From IMG/VR virus record IMGVR_UViG_3300037511_000401, positions 1 to 46,269 of that record: 46,269 nucleotides of DNA; one strand, 5' to 3'. Shown piece by piece: positions 1 to 8,200 of this stretch; the stretch's first letter is position 1; each line of letters begins with the position of its first letter. Source of the DNA: a virus. Its lineage: Duplodnaviria; Caudoviricetes. The notes beneath the pieces are model-generated. The model searched no databases, was not told the DNA's origin, and saw only the letters and a list, made by a program, of their open reading frames with translations. The position numbers and the translations under genes are program-made.

Positions 1-503
1 GCCACGATGTGGCCGTGCAGGCTGGAGGATGCCACCCGTTCGCATGAGCCGATGAACTCGATCACCTCGCTCACCGGACGGGCGGCATCCATCACCGCAT
101 CCGCCCAGGGGTATTCGCGGTCGTCGGCGTAGTGCCGCACCACCCCCAGGCCGCGCCGCACCGACGGCCTGCTCCAGAGCCGGGGCACCAGGATGCCCGG
201 ATCGCCCAGCGGCACATCGATTCCGGCGGACTGGGCGGTCAGGGCGCCCCGCACGGCCCGCACGTCCAGGTGCCCGACATCCGCCCTCTCTCCGTACAGC
301 AGGCCGGATCCCCAGACCACCGTCCCGGGCGCCGCGTTCTCGGCCGCGTTCTCCAGCAGCGACCCGGACGTCAGCAGGTCCGCTTCGTGCATGTGCTCGA
401 CGCGCTCGACGATGTAGCCGAGACGTCGCAGCACCTCCGGGCCCAGCTCGTCTCCGAAGTTCTCGACCCCTCCGCGCCACGCGTAGACGCGCACCCGCTT
501 CAC
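1..503 (-). CDS. Polysaccharide pyruvyl transferase family protein (ExoV-like), runs off the window edge
   Basis: Not in the ORF track. Manual translation from GTG 503 (RBS GGAGG) gives MKRVRVYAWRGGVENFGDELGP...TSGSLL...VVWGSG...AVRGALT...GDPG...SSSLHGHIV; NFGD, VWGSG, AVRG.LT, GDP and SSSLHG are PS_pyruv_trans/ExoV motifs. Confidence 0.8.
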   Translation of the reverse strand, partial: MKRVRVYAWRGGVENFGDELGPEVLRRLGYIVERVEHMHEADLLTSGSLLENAAENAAPGTVVWGSGLLYGERADVGHLDVRAVRGALTAQSAGIDVPLGDPGILVPRLWSRPSVRRGLGVVRHYADDREYPWADAVMDAARPVSEVIEFIGSCERVASSSLHGHIV

Positions 504-564
504 GTGACCTCCAGTGAGCCGTTTCCAGGTGTGCCGATCCTATAAAACCGCAGGTCGGAACGCA

Positions 565-587
565 TTGTCAGACCCACCCTATAGAGT
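565..587 (+). promoter_or_regulatory. Putative RecA-NDp/PafBC-type promoter
   Basis: TTGTCA-GAC-8 nt-TAGAGT fits the actinobacterial tTGTCRgtg-N8-TAnnnT layout; lies upstream of the vWA gene. Confidence 0.5.
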
Positions 588-650
588 GGGGACCACGCAA
601 GAACAAGCCACGAGAACGAGCACAAAACGCACAGGATCAAGGAGAAGAAA

Positions 651-1787
651 GTGACCACGGACGTCCTCAAGAAGCACAAGGTCAACCACGTCGCCCTCGT
701 CATCGACAAGTCGGGCTCGATGGACAGGCACCGCTCCACCGTCATCCGCGTGGTGGACGAGTTCGTGAAGGGTCTCAAGGAGGAGTCCGACATCCTCGGG
801 CACGAGACCCGCATCTCGCTCTACGCCTTCAACCACAACGTGGAGTGCCTGGTCTGGGACATGGACGTCAAGGCGCTGCCGTCCATTCGCGGCCTGTACC
901 ACCCGGACGGCGCCACCTCGCTGATCGAGGCGTCGGTCCTGTCGCTGAGCGACCTGAAGACGGAGATCTCCGAGAAGTACGGCGAGCACTCCTTCCTCCA
1001 GGTGGTGTGGACCGACGGTGAGGAGAACGCCTCGGGCTACGCCAAGTGGGGCAACATGCACACCCAGTACGGCCGCGTCACCAACCGCCGCCAGCTCGAC
1101 GAGCAGATCGGCCAGATCCGCTCCGTGATGGGCGCGCTGCCCGCGCACTGGACCTCCGCGATCCTCGTGCCCAGCTCGCTGGCCAAGCGCACGGCCCAGT
1201 CCTACGGCTTCGCGGCGGGCAACATCGCCGTCTGGGACGCCGAGACGACCAAGGGCGTCGAGGAGGCCATCGGCACCGTCAAGGCGGCGGCCACGAGCTT
1301 CCTGCGGGGCCGCGAGGCGGGCGTTCGCGGCACCACGAGCCTCTTCTCCGTCGGGCAGAACCTGGACGTCCAGACGGTCCGCGAGGCGCTGAAGCCGCTG
1401 GACGGCACGAAGTACCGGCTGCTGGAGATCAAGGCCGAGGACCAGGACAAGGAGATCCGGCCCTTCGTCGAGCAGCACAACATCACCTACCGGACCGGCA
1501 TGGCCTACTACCAGCTCGGCAACCGGGTCACCGTCCAGGCCAGCAAGAACGTCGCCGTCCTGGACACCACGGGCCCCGGCGACGGCCTGGTCTACACCGG
1601 ACCCGACGCCCTGCGCCTCGTCTTCGGCGACGAGAACGTGGGTCCCGACGGGCGCCTGACGCACGCCCTGTCGGTCAAGGCCGGGCACAACCCGAACCTG
1701 CGGATCTTCGTTCAGTCCAAGAGCGTGAACCGCAAGCTCAAGCGGATCCCGGGCGAGAAGAAGACCAACCTGCTCATCATGCTCTGA
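651..1787 (+). CDS. von Willebrand factor A (vWA) domain protein
   Basis: HVALVIDKSGSM (MIDAS DxSxS), G-T-SL motif, VVWTDGEENAS; RBS AAGGAG; strong GC3 bias. Confidence 0.85.
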   Translation: MTTDVLKKHKVNHVALVIDKSGSMDRHRSTVIRVVDEFVKGLKEESDILGHETRISLYAFNHNVECLVWDMDVKALPSIRGLYHPDGATSLIEASVLSLSDLKTEISEKYGEHSFLQVVWTDGEENASGYAKWGNMHTQYGRVTNRRQLDEQIGQIRSVMGALPAHWTSAILVPSSLAKRTAQSYGFAAGNIAVWDAETTKGVEEAIGTVKAAATSFLRGREAGVRGTTSLFSVGQNLDVQTVREALKPLDGTKYRLLEIKAEDQDKEIRPFVEQHNITYRTGMAYYQLGNRVTVQASKNVAVLDTTGPGDGLVYTGPDALRLVFGDENVGPDGRLTHALSVKAGHNPNLRIFVQSKSVNRKLKRIPGEKKTNLLIML

Positions 1788-1868
1788 CCGGCGTTACCGT
1801 GGTCGCATGACCGCGCTCACCCCTTCCCCACTTCAGCCCCAGGGCGGGGCTGGTGGGGAAGGAATGCG

Positions 1869-2027
1869 ATGGCTCACAGCCCGCACCGGCAGTGGAAGGG
1901 CTGCCGCCTCTGTGCCCCGCACAAGGACAGGCGCAACGGCCGCCCGGTCCGTGACCCGTGGCGCGAGGTCCGCAAGACGGGCCGCAAGCGCCGCTACGGG
2001 CGCCGCTGGGTCCCGGAATCCGACTGA
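1869..2027 (+). CDS. Small basic CxxC-H protein (52 aa)
   Basis: MAHSPHRQWKGCRLCAPHK...; RBS GGGGAAGG lies in the 3' arm of a hairpin at 1822-1862. Confidence 0.5.
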   Translation: MAHSPHRQWKGCRLCAPHKDRRNGRPVRDPWREVRKTGRKRRYGRRWVPESD

Positions 2028-2132
2028 TGGGGCGCCCCGTCATCCGAGTGGATGGCGGGGCGCTTCGCATTGTGTGATCCCAATGGGGCGAACCTCCGTC
2101 TACGCTGCTCTCAGCATCAGGAGGAGGCCCGA

Positions 2133-5100
2133 ATGGCTCTGCCCACGGAACGGACTGTCACCGGAACCTATGTGAATCCCGTGACGGGCAAGCCTTACGA
2201 CGGCACAAACGGTCGCGGCCACTATCTGATTTTCGAGCCGTACCCGTCCCAGTGGACCGACAGGGACGGCAATCAGATCCTCCTCGGATCCGGCCGGGTG
2301 AATCTGGACGAGAACGGTCACTTCTCCAAGGATCTCGTCTGCACGGATACGGCTGGAGTTCTCCCCAGTGGACGGCTGTGGAAGGTCCATCAGCACATCG
2401 ACGGCGGAAGCCTGACCGAATACATCTCCGTCCCCCAGGGTGATGCTCCGCTCGACATCACCGATGTTCTCTCCGTCGACATCGGTGGCGTGCTCTACGT
2501 CCCGGTCCCGGGCCCCAAGGGTGACCCCGGCGACCCCGGAGCCAACGGAACCGACGGGGCCGACGGAACGAACGGCCTTCCGGGCGAGTCTGCCTACCAG
2601 ACGGCCGTCGACAACGGTTTCGTGGGGACCGAGAGCGAGTGGCTGGCCTCCCTCGTCGGGCCCCAGGGCGATGTGGGTCCGCAGCCCCCGCTCGGCGCCG
2701 CCGGGGACGGCCCCACCATCGCCTTGAAGTCCGACGATCCGTCCACCACGAACTCGCGTACGCCGACCGGCCCGGCAGGCGGCGACCTGAACGGCACCTA
2801 CCCCAACCCGTCGGTTGCGAAGGTTGCCGGAGTGGAGGTCACGGGCGTTCCGGCCGCCGGGGAGGCACTGGTCGCCATCGACGCGGTCACAGCCATGTGG
2901 ACCTCCGTGGACTCGGCCGACCCATGGGTCTTCGATGTCACCGACCCGGCCTACGGCGCGGTGGGTGACGGCAAAGTGGTGGGCGACGGAGTGATGAACA
3001 CCGGCAGCGCCAACCTCACCAGCGCCACGGCCGCCTTCGTTCCGGAAGACCAGGGCAAGGCGATCTCGGTGAAGGGCGCCAATATCCTCGGCGTCACCAC
3101 GCTGGTCACCACGATTCTCACCGTCAACTCCTCCACCAGCGTGACGCTGGCCGCCGCCAACGCGTCAGGCGTCGCCCTGTCCAATGCGGTGGTGATCTGG
3201 GGCACCGACGACACGGCCGCCATCCAGGCCGCCGTAGATGCGGCCGAGACCTACCTGGCCACCCATACCTACGCGAAGGTCTACTTCCCGCCGCGCTCCT
3301 TCGTCCTGGCCGGAGCCCTGAACACCTCGAAGTCGGGCAACGGCCAGATCGCTTTCGGGGTCTACGCCACCACCGGGGTCAAGCGGATCCTCGACTTCTG
3401 CGGCGAGGGTGACGGATCGGCGGCCGTCAGGCACTGGGAGCAGACGGTCCCCCAGTACGCCGGATCCTGCCTGCTCTCGCTGGGCGTGTACGCGTCGACC
3501 TCGGCGCAGATCACCGACCTCAACGCCAACGGCAACCCCGGTGTGATCAGCGGCCCCAACGAGGGAACCTCGAACGGGCTGGCCTACGGATCGTCGGCCC
3601 GCTACAGCAACGTGATGGCGAGCCTGCGCAACCTCGCGATCCTCACGTCGCACAGCGCCTACGGCCTGACCTACGGCGCGGCCAACCTCTGGGGTTGCGC
3701 GAACGCCTACGTCGACAACCTCGGGTACGGCACGGCGGGCACCGTGGCCGGTTCGTCCACCGACTACACGAGCCCCGGCACCTTCGGTACCGGCCTGTCG
3801 GTCGGATTCCTTCTTCCGGCCCCCGGAAACAACGACCACTCGATCGCCCGGAACGTTTCCTGCGGCGGCGGCTATACGTACGCTTTCTTCCTCACCGAGC
3901 ACACGGTCGTCGAGCGGTACATGGCGCTGTACTGCTGGGCCGGACTCTGCCCGGTGGGCAGTTACGCGGGATCGGTCGGAAGCGTTCACGCCATGAAGGT
4001 GATTTCGGCCAGCATCGAAGCCTGCACGAACGAGCTGTACATCATCGGCGCCGGTTCTTCCGGCGTGGGCCCCATCATCGACATCGATCAGCTCAGCACG
4101 GAGAACAGCACGCCCACCATCGCGGGCAATTCGACCGCCGCAATGAATTCGGCCCTGGGCAAGGTGCGATTCACCGGCCTCTTCAACGAGGCTGGCGTTT
4201 CGGTTTCCGCCCCCACTGGCATCGAAGTCATCAACGGCCAGGTACCGGCTCCGATCAAGCGGAAGACCGCGTCATTCACGTGCTCGCCAATCGACCGCAC
4301 GCTGATCTGTGACACTACCAGCGGGGGATTCACGGGCACCCTTCCGGATGCCTCCTTCTGTCCCGTCGAGTACAACTTCAAGAACGTGGGCGGAAACACG
4401 CTCACCGTGGCGACGACGGCCAGCCAGAACATCTACACCACCAGCGGCACCGGAGCCACCACCGTGGCCGTCCCGCCCCGGCAGAGTCTCCACGTCAAGG
4501 CCATCTACAACGGCTCTGCGTGGGTCTGGCAGGCAGACACCCCGATCGCCCACGCCTCCACGCACGCACCGACCGGCTCGGATCCGATCGACCTGACGAC
4601 GCTCGGCGCCGAGCCCTCCATCATCGCGGCGCACGGACTGACCGCCTGGTGCTACGACCCCGCGCTGGCAGTCAACTCGACGGAGCTGACCAACGGTGTG
4701 CTGTATCTGGTCCGGCTCAACATCCCCGCCAACGTGAACGTCACGAAGATCTACTGGTGGATCGGCAACACCGGGTCCGGGCCTGTCGCCGGTCAGAACC
4801 TGGTGGGCCTCTACTCCTCCAGTGGGACGCTCCTGGCTTCGGCGAACGTGGATTCAGCAATCAGCTCGGCCGGGCTGAAGACGACCACCATCGCCAGCCA
4901 GTCCCTTGCGGTGGGGTCGTTCTGCTGGGTCGGCCTCCTCTTCAATGCCTCGGTGCCGCCCACCCTGACGCGCGCCTCCGGGTGGACCGGGGTGGACACG
5001 GCGGCGAACGTGGGTCTCACCGCTTCGACCCTGCGATTCGCGAAGAACGGATCCACCAGGACGGCGCTTCCGTCACCTCTCGTTCCATCCATCAATACAG

Positions 5101-5141
5101 GTACCGATTTCGCTGGACCCTGGGTTGCCATAGGGCCGTGA
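2133..5141 (+). CDS. Virion appendage / tail spike-like protein with short collagen-like stretch and beta-helix-like central region
   Basis: ATG 2133 after GGAGGAGG; GxY repeats (GPKGDPGDPGANG...), AY..A..NGFVGTE..WLASL motif, YGAVGDG...DDTAAIQAA pectate-lyase-type start; N- and C-termini paralogous to the next gene. Confidence 0.7.
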   Translation: MALPTERTVTGTYVNPVTGKPYDGTNGRGHYLIFEPYPSQWTDRDGNQILLGSGRVNLDENGHFSKDLVCTDTAGVLPSGRLWKVHQHIDGGSLTEYISVPQGDAPLDITDVLSVDIGGVLYVPVPGPKGDPGDPGANGTDGADGTNGLPGESAYQTAVDNGFVGTESEWLASLVGPQGDVGPQPPLGAAGDGPTIALKSDDPSTTNSRTPTGPAGGDLNGTYPNPSVAKVAGVEVTGVPAAGEALVAIDAVTAMWTSVDSADPWVFDVTDPAYGAVGDGKVVGDGVMNTGSANLTSATAAFVPEDQGKAISVKGANILGVTTLVTTILTVNSSTSVTLAAANASGVALSNAVVIWGTDDTAAIQAAVDAAETYLATHTYAKVYFPPRSFVLAGALNTSKSGNGQIAFGVYATTGVKRILDFCGEGDGSAAVRHWEQTVPQYAGSCLLSLGVYASTSAQITDLNANGNPGVISGPNEGTSNGLAYGSSARYSNVMASLRNLAILTSHSAYGLTYGAANLWGCANAYVDNLGYGTAGTVAGSSTDYTSPGTFGTGLSVGFLLPAPGNNDHSIARNVSCGGGYTYAFFLTEHTVVERYMALYCWAGLCPVGSYAGSVGSVHAMKVISASIEACTNELYIIGAGSSGVGPIIDIDQLSTENSTPTIAGNSTAAMNSALGKVRFTGLFNEAGVSVSAPTGIEVINGQVPAPIKRKTASFTCSPIDRTLICDTTSGGFTGTLPDASFCPVEYNFKNVGGNTLTVATTASQNIYTTSGTGATTVAVPPRQSLHVKAIYNGSAWVWQADTPIAHASTHAPTGSDPIDLTTLGAEPSIIAAHGLTAWCYDPALAVNSTELTNGVLYLVRLNIPANVNVTKIYWWIGNTGSGPVAGQNLVGLYSSSGTLLASANVDSAISSAGLKTTTIASQSLAVGSFCWVGLLFNASVPPTLTRASGWTGVDTAANVGLTASTLRFAKNGSTRTALPSPLVPSINTGTDFAGPWVAIGP

Positions 5142-5206
5142 TCTAGCTGATCTTCCGTCGCTGCATTTTCTGATTACGCTGCACCTATGCAGAAGAAAGG
5201 CTGACC

Positions 5207-8200
5207 ATGGCGCTGCCGACCGAGCGAACCGTCACTGGCACGTACGTCAATCCGGTCAATGGTGAGCCGTACGACGGAACCGACGGCTCGAACTATGTCA
5301 TTTTTGAGCCCCTTCCGGAACGGTGGACCGACCGCGCCGGGAACCAGATTCTCCTCGGTGGCGGAAAGGTCACGCTCGACGAGAACGGGCATTTTTCAGA
5401 AACGCTCGTATGCACCGACGCCGCTGACGTCTTCCCGGAAGAAGGCCGTCTCTGGCGCATCCGGCAGTTCATCGGCGGAACGTGGGTCAGCAATGCCTTC
5501 GAGCTGCCGGTCGGATCCGGCGCGCTCGACATCAGCGACATGGCCTCCGTCGAGATCGACGGCGTCGAGTACGTACCGGTGCCCGGCCCCGCCGGAAACG
5601 CCGGACCGGAAGGGCCGTCGGCCTACGAAGTGGCCGTGGCCAACGGCTTCGTCGGTACCGAGGCGCAGTGGCTGGCCTCCCTGGAGGGCCCCCAGGGTGA
5701 ACCGGGCCTGAGCGGCGGCATGGACAGCGGCATCACCTCGGGCGGCGACATCTCCGTCAACGCCTCGAACCCGCTGGCCGTGGACATCTCCCCGCTGACC
5801 GCGCAGATCGTCGACTACCTGGCCGACCCGGTCACCGTCACGCCCGTCACCTCGCCGTCCGTCATCACCGTCGAACTGGACTCGGTGGCGCAGACCCGGG
5901 CCATCACGTGGCTGCTCATGGACGCCACCCTGACCGTCTATCAGCAGGCCGCCCGGCCAGGCCCGGAGGACCGGCGGAACTACGTGGTCCTGGGCATGGT
6001 GGCGCAGGATGCCGGTTCGATCTTCCTCGCGCAGTCCATCCCCACGATCGTGCGCAACCCCGTCAATCAGCTCTACGACCTGATGGACTCGATCGGCGCC
6101 TTCAGCATCTCGGGCAACGACGTCAGTCCGGCCGGGGTGAACCTGTCGCTGAACGTGGGCACCGGCCAGATCTTCTCGCGCGGCTGGAACCACTTCGACG
6201 GCCCCTCCGAAACCAACAACCCGCACATCACCACCACGGTCGGCGCCACCCCCGCCTCCTGGACCCACATCCTGCGGAACTCCGATCTGACCCACTCCCT
6301 CCAGACACCCACGGTGGACGTCGGGCACTACGACAACGGCGGCACCCTGACGGCGCTCTCCGCCGGGCAGGCGGCAGTCCACCAGCTCTGGATGTTCCCG
6401 ACCAACGAGGGCGAGGAGGTCCACGTCCTCCAGTACGGCCAGCAGGCGTACGCCACGCTGGACGACGCTGTCGCCGCCGCAGGCAAGGAAGCCTTCGCCG
6501 TCAACCAGGCACTCCCCGGCAACGCCATCAACCTGGGCTTTCTCGCCGCACTGGGTTCGGCCACCAACCTCTCCGACTCCACGCAGGCGCTCGTCGTCAA
6601 GGCGGGCAAGTTCGGTTCCGGCCCCGGCGGCGGTGCGGCCGTCGACCTCAGCGGATACGCCCTGCTCAGCGGAGCCGAGTTCACCGGCACCGTTTCATCG
6701 CTGCTGTCTGCCGACTCCGACCTCGCCCAGACGTCCCGCACCACGGTCAACACGAACGATCTGTGGCGCCGCCTGACCACGGGTGAGATGCAGTGGGGCT
6801 CGGGCACCGGTCCGATGGACACCTTCCTCAAGCGCCTCGGCGTCGGCCTGCTCGCGCTCATCAACTCCGACCTACTGATCGGCGGAGAGGGTGAGAAGTC
6901 GTACCGCCTGCGCCAGTCGGGCGGGGCCCTGGATCTCGACGCCTCGGGTGCGGATCTCTTCGTCAGCGTCTTCTCTCTCGTCGACTTCCTCGGCCAGCAG
7001 AACACGTACCTCCGGCTGGAGGCCGGTTCGTACATCGCCCACGCAGGCGGTGTATGGCAGTTCGGCGACGGGCCGAACGACACCACCGTCCACACCATCG
7101 ACGGCGTGAACAACCTGATCGGCCTGTTCGGCGCCACACCAGTCGGCAGGCAGACGGTCGCAGGCGAACGCACGACCGGCGCGGCCCTCCAGAGCCTCCT
7201 GGACGGCCTGGAAGCGCTCGGACTCATCACGGATACCTCGACCGCCGGAGCGGCCGTCGTGGAGACCGTGAACGGCCAGTCCGGGCCCGATGTGACCCTC
7301 TCTGCGGCCAACGTAGGCGCCGTCGACACGACCGAAAAGGGGGCGGCCGGAGGTGTCGCCACCCTGGGACTCGACGGCAAGGTCCCCTCGGGGCAGCTTC
7401 CCGCCGAGTCCGTCACCTCGGTCAACGGCGAGACCGGAGCCGTCAGCCTGAGCGCCGCCGACGTCGGCGCCATCGACGCCACCGAGAAGGGCGCGGCCAA
7501 CGGTGTCGCCACCCTCGACGGCACCGGGAAGGTTCCTTCCGGCCAGCTCCCGACGGCACCGGTCACATCCGTCAACGGCGAGACGGGCGCGGTGTCCCTG
7601 TCGGCGGCCGACGTCGGGGCGCTCGACCAGGCCACGGCCGACGGCCTCTACATGGCCCAGGACTCTCTGGTCTTCAACGCGATGGAGCACGGGGCCGTCG
7701 GTGACGGCGTGGCCGACGACGCCACGGTCATCAACAACCTGCTCTCCACCTCCCCGGCGGGCAGTGTCGTGGTCCTGCCGCCGCACGTCTACGGCACGGG
7801 CGTTCCGATCGTCGTGCCGCCGGGCAAGACGCTGATGAGCCTGCGGTCGGACCTGATGACGGTCACCGGCCTGTATGAGCCGAACGCCCAGATCAAACCG
7901 CTGTCCACCTTCACGGGCGTGGCCGCGATCCGCTTCCTCGACGCCACCGACGGCGGCTACGCCACGATCTCTGGCGAACAGCGCGTCATCAACCTGACGG
8001 TCGACGGGGCCAACCTCGCGGCCGGAGTCGACGGCATCCAGGCCAAGGGCAACATCCAGAACGTGGCCCTGCGTGACCTGACGATCCGGCACTTCCCGAA
8101 CTCCGGCATCTACTGCGGCCTCCAGGGCGGTGTCGCCCCGTACTCCTGGCGTCTGCACCGGGTGATGCTCGACAACAACCACGCACACGGCTTCTTCGGT

